From assembly GCA_964016885.1 (NCBI GenBank), contig OZ024742.1:157542001-157606000 (forward strand): a stretch of 64,000 nt of DNA, written 5' to 3'. The notes beneath the pieces are model-generated. The model did no database searches and was not told where the DNA came from. It worked only from the letters and a program-made list of their open reading frames with translations. Both the position numbers and the translations under genes were made by a program. Shown one piece after another: positions 26,341 through 41,075 of the stretch. The stretch is from Eledone cirrhosa. Lineage: Eukaryota. Positions within the stretch are counted from its first letter, which is position 1. Each line of letters opens with the position of its first letter.

Positions 26341-29300
26341 AAAATTTTAGAAGAGTCCACATATTCATAGAGGACATAAATACTTGTAATAGAATGAAAA
26401 TTAAATATTTTGGGAACTTTTATAGAATGCATATATAAACATAGTGCGTGCATGTCAATGATATTTACCAACGTATCTACTAGAAGTTCCGTTTATCGAG
26501 CGAGTCTGTAGAATCCCTTGCGTCCACTAGTCTGTAATAAATATCATAATTAGAACACAAAAATGAGAGTTGTTTGATATCAGAGCAACAGAAGGTAAAT
26601 ATTCGTGTCACTAGTTTTATAACAAACATTCTCCATGTAAAACCTTTTCTCCATATTTCAAACATTCCATTATAGTTGTATGAAAATTGTTAACCAAGAC
26701 TGCACTATTGTGTATATAGACATACAATCTTATTATTATCTAAACATTAACTTGATCATGAAAAATTAAATATTTTTCTCAATATGTTTTCTTTACTTTT
26801 CAAACATAATGCAGTAGAGAGACATGTGGTAATATTCTAAGGAAAGTTTTGAAACCAAATTCATATACTAATATTGGATCCATCATGTACATTTAAAGTA
26901 CGCTTTTGTTTTGCATATTTATTTAAGATTTTCCTTTCTACTCAATGAAAAACACAGCAAGTATTGGAAACTTCATACAAAATGATATACATGCTGAGAT
27001 ATTATGTGTTGTGACATACGGCTAAACAAAATCGCATCGAGGCTATAAATTCATAGATTTTATGTAGGAATATAAGAGGAATCTCTATATATGTTTTCAT
27101 TTTATTTGATTAATTTCATTCGATTCTCATGAAACCCACAAATTGGATGAAAATATTGCTAAAGAAATATGTATAGAAGTATATATTACACTTTTTATCC
27201 ATAATTATTAATTAATACTACTATTTCGTTGGAACATAATTACATAATAAACGTGATGAATTGTATAAGAATTGTTCTGGTTACAAATCACACAAACACT
27301 GATCTGCTTTGAGTCCCTGTGGGATTTCCTAAATATCTTCTACAACTGAAGATAAATCAATGAGCAATTCCACGCGGCACCAAGGTCTGCATCTAAAAAT
27401 GATTAGATGACTTCGAAATTTGAATAAATCATTTATGTTTTTTGTATTGAGTTAAGTGTCATTGTTTCACTGAATTTTGTATATACCTATTCAATCGTCA
27501 AGTTAGGTTTTAATTGAATAACTATTGTGGCCATCAAATAAATCTAAGTTATATATTTGCTCCTAAGGGTTTGGAAAATATGTGGGGAGAGAACAACTGT
27601 TTAACCAGTGTTGCTGTCTCCCTCTATAGAAGATAAACTAGATTGGCATTAGCACATATGATCAATACATAATAACGAAACAATTTCTTTGAGGCATTGG
27701 CACAAGGTCAAAGCTTTGGGGGAAAATAATGTCTATTATATTGAAAGAACATTAAACAAAATGGCAAGACGTTATATCATCGCCTTTCATACTACCAATG
27801 AAATAATGGGCTAGTCAGTTACTGGTTGATTTAGTCGATTCAATCTTCCAGATTGCTAGACTTGTGATGAAATTGTTAACCATTATTATTTGAATCAATA
27901 TAATTTGCCTTGGTTTGAGATATTTATTGGTCCGAGAGCGCATAATTCTTAATAGAAACAGTTTTCTCTGATTCTGTGAGTTATTTTTCGTGTACTAATT
28001 TGGTTGCTTAAGCTGATATGCAGCATTTCATTCATATATGTTGGAATATGCCGATACCATCATATCTATATTATCCTTCCCTGGTCCTAGCATCATTTTT
28101 ATATTTTCCTTTTGTATAAATCCACCAAATGTTATTGTTAGTTACATTTGTGTTGTCAAATATTGTTTTTGTTTTTTGGTGCGTGTGTTATATCGAGCAT
28201 CACTCTTATAGATATATATGCGATATTGAAGTACAGTACGTTTCCATATAATTTCGTATGGTGTCCTTTCTAATATGTTTTTCATGCTTTCTTCTCTGTA
28301 TTTTATTGCATATACAGCTTTAACTGAATTTCGAATTACATTCTCTTTAGGGATTCAGCAATAATTAGGAGTGTAGATTTTGTGCAATTTCAGGCATTCC
28401 TGCCTAATAATATTTTCTTTTTGTATTTGAATGTACTGGTTTTGTATTTCTGGAAAGGGTGAACATTATTTTTCTGCTTCTCTTCTATTTTATTATGGTT
28501 TACATTATAATGTATATGAATATACATTATTTATCTAATATGTTTATATCTCTTCTTCATGCTCTCATATTACAGTAGATATTGATCAGTCAAGAAAAAA
28601 GGAACTACGTCGTGCAGCAAGGTTCTAGAAAAGCAGAACACATTCACTAGAGTATTCCAGCTAAAACTGTGCCTGCAAAAATGGTGAGCTAGTGAAAAAG
28701 GAAATTTCCCTGTCACTTCATATGAGACATAGGAACGATATCACCACCGAAATACATATAAGCACTTAACAAAACATAAGTGATGTATTGGTTAATGTAT
28801 CAATATAGGCGCATACGTTAACTCTGTATATATATATATATATATATAACAGTCACGGTTTAACACTTCTATACTTTTACTTTTGGGTTCTAAAGATTTT
28901 CAGATTTAGGGTGTGTGCTCTTAGACACGTGATTGTGAAATTTATTTAATATATCCAATTACTAGAGGCGCAGTGAGTCGACGAAGTTACAATCTGCCCG
29001 TTTGAGTACGACGACGGGCGCATATTACTCAATCTCACTCATTTCTATGTTGCTTTTCAGTAGTATTTTGATCATCTGTTCGGAAACAATAATATATTAG
29101 GTCACTAAGTAGACTTCAGTACCTTCCTCGATGGCTTGTCATGATTGTCTATAAGGGAGCAGGAGTGCTGTAAAAATTGAATAATATTCGCTGACATACA
29201 TGTGCGATGACTAATAAACGATCGGCAATTCGCCGCGTACAAGCCATATCGTTTGGGTTCCTCGTAGTAGTCGTCTATCATAAATGACAGCAACATGTAA

Positions 29301-29589
29301 GAATTCCCAGTTCTGTAAACCGAGGGATTGTAGCACATCTTAAAAAGTGATCCCAATGAAGAGAACAATATTAAATATTTCAGGCCATAACGCAGGTAAA
29401 CGCAGAATTCAATGTTTCCATTAACATTTAGCAGCGTGGTTGGCACCTGGCGTCTATGATCTTTTAGGGGTTGGAGGGATGGGGGGGGGGGCATCCATTG
29501 ATATTTCAGAATATATCTACACCGTGTGCGATACATCATGAAAATAGCAGCTAATGAATAGGAACGACTGATTTTAAAGGCATGGATTA

Positions 29590-30470
29590 TTGCAATTCAC
29601 AACGAAATCTCCTTGGAGGTCAAAATTAATGGTCATCTATCGGAACCATTCAGTATCATGCGCTCAGTCGGCCAGGGATTGTCCTCTCTCATTTCTGTTT
29701 CATGCAGTAACTCTCTAGACACAACAACACACATTGGATACATTGGGGGCATACCACGCGACATAGGATACGCGAGAAGTCTATCAGTTTATGTCAACGG
29801 CGTTACCGGAGACATATTGATAGCAAACATATTGAAATAACAGGCTCCACTCTGGAGTATTAAGAGACATTTGTATCAGCAAAAATTAACTACGGAATGT
29901 CAGTGGACTTGTGACTCTGTGCATGGAGAACTATACACTTGCCGTCCAGCATCATCCTCGGGTTCTTGACGGACAGGCCGTTTAGTTTGCAGGGTGCATT
30001 TTTTCGTCCAGAAATCTAGATAGAAAAACATTAGGACAGTGTAACAAACAAGGGGATTATTCTCATCCAGATAGGAGCGGTGAGGAATCTATTTCTAAAA
30101 GGTCGAGTAGAGGTGGCAAAAGCCAAGTAAATAAGGATTTCCACAGTTTATTTAAGGGGGGATGTGAGTGGGAATCATAGTCTGACTGAACAGATTTTCT
30201 CTGACTATGAGCTTGTAGATAGGGGGAGCATAACATGGATAGGGGAGTTTTCCTAAGGGTCGGGATAACCTTCGCTTTTTAGAGCTCTCAGCAGGACTGA
30301 CACGAGGACGTTTACCTTATCGCTAAATTTTAGTTTTGTTTAATTTTGTTTACATGTTCAATGCAGCTTTTATCACTTTGTACACGCAAATTGACTCATT
30401 GTAGTTTTCTGTGCCGTCGATAATTTATTTTTAATATGAGCCCTGTGTTGCTAATAAATAAAGATATTAT
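29590..30470 (+). mobile_element. Degenerate L1/Tx1-like LINE RT fragment and 3' end
   Basis: VKINGHLSEPFSIMRSVGQG, and SVYVNGVT as a decayed YADDVT. An AATAAA-rich tail lies near 30453. Confidence 0.65.
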
Positions 30471-30489
30471 TATTGTTGTTGTTACTACT

Positions 30490-31210
30490 ATTATTTCTTT
30501 TCCCCATTATTTCCATTATTATTTTTATTTGGCCCCATTACTGCTTTACCGAGCACATCTTTGTTCGCTTTGGGTATGAGCAGAGTAGATTTTGTTGATG
30601 TTGTTTCTATTGGATTAATAGTACCTTTCGTAATATGTCTGCAGTGCCTAGCAGTGCAATCTTTTTTATGATGTATATATTTGTAAGTCCTGGGGATTTG
30701 ACTATGTATTTGTTTGTGTTTGTTTTTTGTCATTCCTAGAGCTCCTATTATTATATTGTATTGTTTCTGTTTTCATTTTCCACATTCCAGTTATTTATAT
30801 TCTAGATCCTTATATTTGGAGAGTTTCTCTATTTCCTTGGAATATATATATTGTCCTCTGTGAGAATCGATTCATTTATCAGAGGGCATTGTTTTTCTTT
30901 GTGGTCTTTAACTATAATATCTGATCGGTTTGTCTTGATCTCTCTGTCTGTTTGTATTGGCATATCCCAAAGAATGGTTGCATTGTCATTCTCTAACAAT
31001 TGTTTCTGGTGTATGTGTCTATCATCTTTTTTCTGTTGGTATTTCATAATGCTTTCATTATTTCCAGTGTATGAAGGTTCCAACTCTATCATGCATGTGG
31101 ATATGTTCTTTTTTGGCTATAGCTGGATATCCAGTGACTATGTAGTTGATTGATTCTTCCTTATCTCCACATATTCTACAGTTATGCTTTGTTTTGTTGT
31201 ATACTTCCTG
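30490..31210 (-). mobile_element. 3' fragment of an R4/Dong-like non-LTR element (restriction-like endonuclease)
   Basis: LLENDNATILWDMPIQTDREIKTNRSDIIVKDHKEKQC matches the xLWDxxIxTDxxxxxNRPDIxxxD motif. A (TAA)-like tail lies at the 3' end. Confidence 0.8.
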
Positions 31211-32535
31211 TAGTGTGTGGTAGGTAGCCTATTGTTATCATCATCATCCCCCTCATCATCATCATTGGCGCCTTCCATTAGTAAACTCGTCAGTGTGTCA
31301 GACAAAAGCTCAGCTCTATTTGTTCCCCGTCTTTATTTTCGTAGTTTAACTCCTGCTGATATCAGTTTTACGTTTCCACATTCTCGTGTCGACATGGACA
31401 CATCGCTGACAATATCGCCGGTAGATATGCCGATACGGTACTTATTAAAAAATATATGTCAAAATAATTTCCTTTTAAAACAGAATTTATTTAGCAATAT
31501 AGTTTAAAAAAGAGATTCATTTGAAAATTCTATTTAATATCTCCCGATCTATTTATTTATCTGTCTATATATCTTTCTCGAATCGATGTATGCAGATAAA
31601 TGATTGATTAATTATTACCTACTTTAAACTTTTGCCAGAAAAAAGTTTTCAGAGACTAGAAGATGCAATAGTCATTGAGAGGCATACGTATAGGTACGTT
31701 CAAAAAACAAATGCATTTATCATGTCAGACTCTTCTGGGTATTTCAGAATAAATGAGAAATTATTTCGCGACATTTATGTGATAATATCAACGCTTTATG
31801 CCGACTACAACTTGCTTCAAACAAAATAACAAGGTAAGTCGTTCTCAATAACTCCTATCGTTTTGTTTAATATTTGATTATCCTATATTAATATTTCTTA
31901 GAAATCAAATTCTATTTCTTATTGTTAATGTTTTAGTTTTTCTCATACACCACTTTGCTTATATTTGTTTATATATGTGTTTTATTTTGTCCATTTCTGT
32001 TTTTGACTTTCATTGCAAAATCTTTAATTGAATATATGAGATTAATCAAAACACCAATCTGTAATATGATATGTTCAGATATATATTCATTTATTTTACG
32101 TGGTTGACCAATCGGTAGAAGTGGTGTTTTTTGCATCAATAATATATTAAAGTTAACATTCATGTCCGGCCTATATATATATATAGATCAAGGAGACAAT
32201 AAAAAGAGCTACAAAAAGTGTTAATGGTTTCATGCTTTATATTGAAAAGAGGAAAGAAAGTTCTACGTATCGGGATTAATCCCCTTCTGGAGAACAATAG
32301 AGAGACAGGATCACAGAGGAGAAAGATAACAAAGTACGAGTAAAAAGAGAAAGGAAAAGCAGGTATGAGAGGGAGAGAAGGGGGGGGGGAGAATATAGAA
32401 AACTAAAAAGAATCATCACTCTTTAATATATATTGTAACTTGATTAGAATGGATTTTCCGGTGTTTATGTTATTCTTTAAGGGATATTGAAACAATATCC
32501 AAAATGATCTTTTACTGTATGTACACACAACTCTC

Positions 32536-32770
32536 TTTTCAAAACTAATTTTGAGATAGAGCGCTCGTGATGTTTGCTCTAATTAGAGCAAACATCACGA
32601 GCGCTCTATCTCAATATGATTTTTGAAAAGCATTAGAAATGCGCAACCGGTAAAAACTTAAAACTAAAACTGAATACTAACCAATACTTATTACTAATTT
32701 ATACTTATTCCTAATTAAACTATTTTTCACTGGGAAAAATTTGTCAGCATTTTCTTTCCTATTACTAATA
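32536..32770 (+). mobile_element. PLE pLTR with head-to-head palindrome and HHR-like motif
   Basis: Perfect 64-bp palindrome at 32551-32614. Motif ttt-TTGAAAA-gcatt..aatgc-GCAA-ccgg-TA-aaa at 32620-32655. Ends at (TA)n. Confidence 0.7.
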
Positions 32771-32821
32771 TATATATATATATACTAAGAGTGAGAAATG
32801 AAATTTCGTTTTCATTTTATT

Positions 32822-32926
<105 letters not shown>

Positions 32927-33049
32927 TTATGTGTGTGTGTGTGTGCATGTAGAAGATAAGGTGCATACATGGATGTTAAGCTGTAAATCTGTGAGGATAG
33001 GCCTGTTCAAGTGATCCCTAAACACTTATCCTAGTAGTTAAGGCGGAGT

Positions 33050-33254
33050 TACTTCACCATAATTGCTTATTACATGATATATATTTCTGTTACATGGTTC
33101 TGTATGTGACATGATCTGATGCTCATACAATAAGAAGTGCAGATTTCCAATCATCCGAATATGTCACTGGTCATGTATGAACAAATGATGAAATCACATG
33201 CATAACCTTGTAATAGAAATATATATCATGCAATAAAGCAATTATGGTGAAGTA
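33050..33254. repeat. Imperfect inverted repeat of about 205 bp (MITE-like or fold-back)
   Basis: 33050-33109 is the reverse complement of about 33193-33254. Confidence 0.7.
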
Positions 33255-33468
33255 TACCCTTCCTAGCAATATATATATATATATTTATTTAGGTTTGTTG
33301 GTTCACCACTGGATATAGCTGGTCATTCCGAATGGTCAACCTCGATGTAATATTATGGAGAGCACTCAACGTAATGCAACTCACCCGGCTTCGTTTGTGT
33401 AATTCCTTAAAAAGTTTATTATACTATGGTCATTTCAATGACCGGGTTTAGTATGAATCAGGTATTCG

Positions 33469-33520
<52 letters not shown>

Positions 33521-33522
<2 letters not shown>

Positions 33523-34009
33523 GTGGAAAAGTAAGACATCGAGAATAGACCGTTAAAACATGTTTATTTAAAACACCACCTACGTACGTTTCGCCCAGTT
33601 GGGCTTCTCAAGGGCATAAATAACCAAAAGTGTTCCTTACATTGCTGCAAACTCAAAACACGCTATTTTTGCGAGCAATGAACCTTGACGTGAACTTAAC
33701 CCCCAAAACTCTTTCCGTGCAATGTAAGGAACACTTTTGGTTATTTATGCCCTTGAGAAGCCCAACTGGGTGAAACGTACGTGTTTTAAACGCACGTGTT
33801 TTAAATAAACATGTTTTAACGGTCTATTCTCCGATTTATTACTTTTCCACGTGCTTACGCTCTGCTAACTCTCTAGCCCACTAAATATTAACACTTCGAA
33901 TATTTAATACTGCCGTCACTAGTATCGAGCACCTTTGGCATACGCTACTTGGCAAACAACTATATGTATCACCTATCCTCCCCTTTTGTTCTCTCTCTCC
34001 ATATGTAAA

Positions 34010-34010
<1 letters not shown>
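33521..34010 (+). mobile_element. Solo PLE pLTR with inverted copy; two U3-A8 HHRs
   Basis: Arms at 33521-33645 and 33719-33853. HHR cc-TTGAGAA-gccca-ac-tgggc-GAAA-cgtacg-TA-gg on minus at 33578-33615, with a plus copy at about 33749-33783. (TA)n on both sides. Confidence 0.8.
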
Positions 34011-34063
<53 letters not shown>

Positions 34064-34065
<2 letters not shown>

Positions 34066-34445
34066 TTTTTTAATTTGTTTTGCAAGATTTCTGATCTGAA
34101 AACGTGTGTTAAAACAGATATTGTTATACCTTGGGAGGGTCATTCCAATAAACACACACACACACACACACACACAGACGAATGTAATGCATGTGCAAAC
34201 TAAGCACACAATACACAACACACAAAAACGATATGGTGCAGGACAGAACAAGGAGGGACACACAATAAAAACTTACTCACTGAGGACGTCACCTAATGTG
34301 TGACGAAAGAGCTTTGACAAAATATAAACAACCAACCCATTATTGAACCAGCCAACCAACCAACCGGAAATCTATAATTAATTGAAGTGGAATCCAACAG
34401 GTGCGTGTATTTTTATTAGCAATATGGCCCTCTCCTAGTATAAAT
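34064..34445 (+). mobile_element. Solo pLTR plus inverted piece, family of 5742-7190
   Basis: 34064-34155 matches 5742-5845 directly, and 34190-34445 matches 5800-6010 inverted. HHR tca-CTGAGGA-cgtcac..gtgac-GAAA-gagc-TT-tga at 34277-34317. A further relic lies at about 34590-34705. Confidence 0.8.
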
Positions 34446-34547
34446 ATATAAAGATATTGTTATATTTGCTAATAAAAAAAAAATATATATATATATATAG
34501 ATATATATATATATATATATTAACATATATATATATATATATATGTT

Positions 34548-34590
<43 letters not shown>

Positions 34591-36589
34591 TACGTTTTGT
34601 ATTTCCACCTGAAAATGAGTGTTGTAACAGATACTATGATAATTTGGGTGCCAATGCTGCCTATGAAAACACATGCACCTGTTCGATTTCACTCCAATTT
34701 GTGATAAACCTGTCAAAACCAATACGGACAGAAGAAGGGAAAGGCACAAAATCACAACACAAAGATTACGCAAGTATTCGATATTGCATCTGCATAGAAG
34801 TATTAGACAAATCACATACAATATTCCCCGCATCGGAAACTAATTTGAAAATATCTGCTTTCTTCAGTGATCATTCCTCTGTTTATAATCCCACATTAAA
34901 TCTTGGATCTTTTTTCTGATTACTAACGTACCCTCCTCTGGTAGAAGAATTTATTCCTATTGATATACTTTTCAAATTTAGAGATAATTAATGTTTAAAA
35001 TTTAATATTTGATGAAATTTGAAATGAAACTTTCTAAAGTGACAGATGATACAGAGATTACTTCACATAATCAGACTGTGATATTTAATATTTTCATCTT
35101 TATCTTGAACATTAATTATAACTACTCCTGAAATAAAAGCATTCGAAGGAATAATTAACAAAAAAAACATTCCTGACCTTTATACAGAATATTAGTTACT
35201 GTTAATATTTAAATGATGCTAGTGACTTGGCAACATTTCCCGCATATTTCTTCACTAAACTCATTATTAATTTCGACAAATAAAAAGTTTGTCCAGCATT
35301 GAAATTGATTATTCTCTATTCTTTTTCGCACACTCTTTGGCTTTCTGTCTTTTTTCTGGAAGAACTCTTCTGTTTTGTCATGCGTTTGGAAATAATGTAG
35401 AATTAACCATCCATTCCTAAAAAAAATGATTTTTTCATATACGTGATGTACAGAATTAAACAGCATATGCAACAGTCTTATTATAAGTTTTCATATGTGT
35501 ATCTGAAATAGATAGTTCCTCGTGTAATGTTGTAAGAAAATATTTGGATACAGAATATAACAATTTATTTTCAATGTTACTCAGGCAGAAACCATAATAC
35601 TGAAAATAAGATAGTGATATACAATTACAAAGAGGAAGATCGTCTAGTTTCCTACATTTCTTGCTAAGTTAACAAATATTATATAGAACAGAACGTAGGA
35701 TATTAGTGAATAACGAATAACAGATTTATACGCTTGCTAAATGGAAAAAAAGTTTCATACATATCTCCGTACATAATTGACGTTGTGTTCTCCAATTTGA
35801 TAGTCAATTTCCGAGTAATTCTCTTCTCTGGGTGATAAGTATAGCTATGCAATATGATCGATAAAACTTTTAAATTATTCTAAAATTACTCTACAAATTT
35901 GCTTCTCCTCTCTTGTTAAAATTATGTCGTGTTTACTGCAAGTATATATGTATATATATATACACACGAATTTACATCAAGAATTCTGCAAAACAAATAC
36001 ACAAACACAGACACACATACGGACTGACACACATACACACGTGTGTGTGTGTATATATATGTATATATGCATATGTATATATGTATATACATATATGCAC
36101 ATGTTTACATATATATACACATATATATATATGTGTGTGCGTGTGTGTAAACATGTGCATATATATATATAAATATAAGTAAACATGTGCATATATATAT
36201 ATATATATGCAATCACCGTGGCTAACGCCCTCTGGTGGTGTCCAGCAGAAGCAAGGGGACAACGGTCTATGCATTTCAGGCTTGACTGGCTTTCCTCAGG
36301 ACAGTCCCTCCCACCGCTTGCCGTTGCTGGACTTGAATCCAGTCGAGAATATATAGTTTTCTCGTCTGTGTAAATGAGGTGATTAATCTCATGTGCATAT
36401 GAAGCTGCACAAGTTGTCTCAACTTATAATATAAAAGAAATAAGATTTCGTTTCAAGCATAGCTTTATACAAATATGTATAGAAATTTCGTGTTTCTAAA
36501 GAAATACGTTTTCTAAGTTGAGCCAACTTAATTCTATGCGTATCGCAGACATGATGCTTCTGTTTCCCAATGGCATCACATGCTCCTTT

Positions 36590-36990
36590 GATTTCGCAAA
36601 AAAATTCCGTTAAATATCGAGCCGGTTTCATATTCGTCTTTTCAACTAAATTGATGGAAAGTCCAAATGAATCAACGGCGGCATCCAAGGAAGAGATAAT
36701 AATTGAAATCATTTTCTGAATGACAAACAACGTCTGCATCTTCTGCATAACAAAGGTCTCTTATTAGCAAAATAATCGTGTATGATGTGTACCTCAGTCG
36801 AGATGAATTAAAGAGTTTCCCCAATAACTGTGTCGTATGTATTTCCCATTTTCTCTGCCTTAAAACGAAGTTAAAAGCAACATAAATTGTGAGGAAGATA
36901 ATCGGCATGTTCATCTTCGACTGCAGATGGTTCTAACAGAGAGCTGCCGAAATAGATGCTTGCATTTATTTCACCTTGCACATTTATAAA
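36590..36990 (-). mobile_element. Degenerate RTE (BovB-like) LINE RT fragment
   Basis: GKLFNSSRLR..LIRDLCYAEDADVVCHSEND, then AAVDSFGLSINL in another frame. Confidence 0.75.
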
Positions 36991-37942
36991 TATATTCAAA
37001 TTTTATTTATGAGGACAAATACTTTTGAACACCAACAATAACGCTATACTATTAACTGTGTCAACAGATTTTGTGACCTATCGAAAGCAATGTTTCAAGT
37101 CCAAAACTTTCTTCACTACATTTGTTTAGGGCAGAATTTACGAAAACCGCATCGAGTTTCTGACATGGACATTTGTGAAACATGTACCATTAGACGACTT
37201 AAAACGAGGTATGTAAGGATTTACGGACAGACAACAGCAAAAGAATTCCACGGAAATTTTCACTCGCATCACGAGTAATATTCTGTAAAAATGGTACAAT
37301 ACTTCAAGCGATTTTTCTCTTATTTCTCATTCTAAGTTCTGGTGAAAGATTAGTGTCCAAGATGTTAAGAGACTCTTCTTGCTACATGTAGCCTTAAACA
37401 CATACACCTCTTCATTGTATTCTTTATTGTCTCTCTTTACTTTTCGCGTATATATATATGTGTGTGTGTGTGTGCGTGTGTGTGTGTTTGTGTGTGTTGG
37501 TATGTGTGTGGGTTTGTGTGTGTGTGTGTAATGCATATACATATCTGAAGAAAGCAGAGAGGCTTGCGTTCTGGGCCTGTCAGTGAAGTGTTTCAAATTA
37601 TTCCAATATACTGAATATATATCACAATCTTAAGCACATGTATACATCTAGAAATAATTACTAAATTAGCGTATTTCACATCCTACCTTTTTAATTAAAT
37701 ACCTACACATTAAACAAGTTATTCAAACATGCTGATGAAACGAACAGATGGGCAATGCTAGAACTCCTCTGATTATATATATTTCGTCGTCAAGGTTTGG
37801 GGATAATACAACAACCGAGGAGGGAACTATCACTAACTTCTACAATGGAACGTTACATATTATTGAACTACTATACAACTTTGAAGCTACCATCGACGGT
37901 AATGTTTTCGGATATAAATATTGTTTGCTGCGATTATTATTA

Positions 37943-38150
37943 ATTGGCAGTGTCGGTGAAGGGTCTGACGCCATGCTTTCCAGCCTAATGTTACGTCCCT
38001 TTACGGACTGAGTTCAAATCCCGTCGAGGCTAACTTTGCCTTTCATTCTTACGGGGTCGATAAAATAAAGTACCAGTAACGCACTGGGGTCCATTTAATC
38101 GACTTCCCCTCCGCCCAAATTACTGGCCTTGTGCTTATAATAGAAATAAT
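37943..38150 (+). mobile_element. tRNA-derived SINE, longer 3' variant
   Basis: A box ttggcagtgtcgg, B box gagttcaaatcc, and an extra ggggtccatttaatcgacttcccc segment. Confidence 0.88.
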
Positions 38151-40786
38151 TATTATTGCTGCTGTTGTTGTTGTTGTTGTTTTAGGGACATATAGTGACA
38201 CATATCGATTAGACAATTATCACACCGCAGAAAGGTCGTTCTATAGGTCATTTAATAGGTCATTAAATATCAGACGCAGTTTCTAATCCCTTTTAAAGTA
38301 TGACGTCTCTCTTTGTAGCACAGGCAGTAGAACAGTGAACTCGGAAATACATAAGACGGCGAGATTAAGACTAAAATCAAAATATATAATCTTAGATGTT
38401 CGATGAGCACGGAAGAAAATAAGTGGGCCAGAGCATTAAAATATATCATATTTTAACTGGTGTTAAACGAAACGCAATCTATAAATTACTATAAATTAAG
38501 GTTTTTCATTTGCTAATTTTCAACTGAAACATGTGTGCAATTTTACCGCGTATTGCAATTAAACTTAGGTCTTAGAGCCATCAATGTATGTTCTGCTCCA
38601 TTTGTGGTTACAGGTCAAAAGGAAGGGCAGAGGAAAGGCAAAATCAGCAGTGGAACGGACATTGATATCATTAGCCTATGATTGACTGATTTCAGAGTGG
38701 GCAGATAATGACAAGGGAGAAATAGATAAAGAAAGAGAAAGAGAGATAAAAATGGAGAAAGAGTTGGGGTAGAAAATGAAGAGATAAGGAGAAATCATAG
38801 ATTGACAGGATCAGTTAAGTGGTAAGAAATAACAAGAAAAGGAAATGAAAAATGGTACATATAAGTGGAAGTATACAGGGAAACACCGTATTATATGAAC
38901 AATAAATTCTAAAGGAATTGGTCAGCATTGTAATATAAAAACATGAAGAAAGTTATGCTAGTTCATCGTTATATTCTTGAGGATTGTTTGTATATTTGTG
39001 ACCAAGTTAGTCATGTAACTTTCTATGATTTGGAGAAATGTATGTACGATGTAATAATTCACAGAATATTTTTCATATCACTTTCTAAATATCTGTTTTG
39101 TAGAGCAAACACTGAATCTTGTATTTAGCTTTAATAATATATATAGTTTTCGTGATATTTCCTTTTTATCTGCATAAATCTCATGTTTTCTAAATATTAT
39201 TTTTTAGCTTATGAAGAGATGTTATAATATCGCAATGCTGTTTTCATATGGGGTTATTAAACTGTAAGGATAATATGTACATTAACTTTTATTTTTCGTT
39301 TTTATTATGTTTACAAACAGGTATACAAACACAAGCATATTTATGTTCGTGAAGAAAATTATTTAATTGTTCTTCGTCTAGAAATAGTTTCTTTTATTGT
39401 CTTTTTTCTTTGTTAAAGCTAACCTGAAATAATTATATCTTTAAGATATATACATTGCTGGTCGTTCTTATTTAATTACAGTATACACTATATCATTTGT
39501 AACAGCTAACTGTGTAATCACTGTTTCTTGTAGTTTACTGGAATCTATATTATTCTAATGTTTTCGATGTTTAACTTCTAAGCCTAATTTTTCACTTATA
39601 TGACCTCCAGTTGTTTGTGATAACAAACGGTTTATCTTGTATTTTAATCTATTTCCTTAACGTCTCCGATAAGAATTATCTGTTTACCGATCAAATATAA
39701 TTTGAATGTCATTAGTCTCTTAGAATGACATTCAATTCCTCTAGTTCGTGTATTTCTGTATTTAAAACCTATGTTTTTAATCAGATTATTAGGAATTTAC
39801 GTGATGGATAGTCTTTCATTCAACTAGATGGCTTTCATTAGTTTACAAGCTCGCTTTGAATTGTAAATTTTCCTGATATTTACATGCTAAATTTCATAAT
39901 ACCTCGTATTGATCGATTATCATAAATTGAAATGGCATAGGATGTAAATATTACGGGAGATGGTGTTCTACATAGTTGTTTTCTGGAGAAGCATAAACTA
40001 CAATCGGTAAAACTAGAAACAATGTATGGCTCAGGAAATGTTGTCACAATATTTTTAAAGGTTTCCAGTTGAAACACTAATATTGTTGAGGTCGGTTTGT
40101 GATAGTGCTTTCATATTCTGGCGTGCAGTTTCAATTTCTTTGTTCTGTCATATGTACCAATCCATGTACTAATAAAGAAAGACAAAATGGATATGCCTCA
40201 AAGTGTAGCATTGTCTGATATTTGTAATCGGGAGTTCAGATTTCTTTTTTCAGTCTTCCATTAGATTTTACTAGTAGTATATATTAATGTACATCCAGTT
40301 CTGTTATTACGTTTTACTATGGCAATTTGACACCCGTAAATTGTTGTCCTGCAACAGTTGTTCATCCTGCCCCTTTTTACCCTCATCTGGAAACCACGCT
40401 GAAATATCTGAAGTACTGGAAGACATAAATTCGCTTAAGCGGAGCATATTCATTTGTTAGACGGCTTGTGGTCAATTGCTACATTTTATCTTATTATCAT
40501 GATGTTGTAGCCCACGTTGCTGCATCTTATATCTGCACTCGAGTGCAGCCCTTGGCATCAATATGTAGGCAGATATTACATCCTAGAAGAAAACAAGATA
40601 TGTCAGTGTCATAGAACCCGCCCCAAACAGATAACCCAGCCTATGTTTGAGAAGGAGAGCGAAGAGAAATTGGATAAAAATTCCACCTTAGAATAAAGCT
40701 AGGGACACATGTATACGCTACCTCAATTTCGAAAACTTTTAAGTCTACCGAATTCTTTGTATTTGTGTATGCGTATTATCTCTCTC

Positions 40787-41075
<289 letters not shown>

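Noticed and set aside
32260-32295. HHR-shaped motif on minus (gttc..gggat-ta-atccc-GATA-cg-TA-gaac)
   Set aside because: Both conserved core strands deviate (UCCAGAA and GAUA). At best it is a dead relic.
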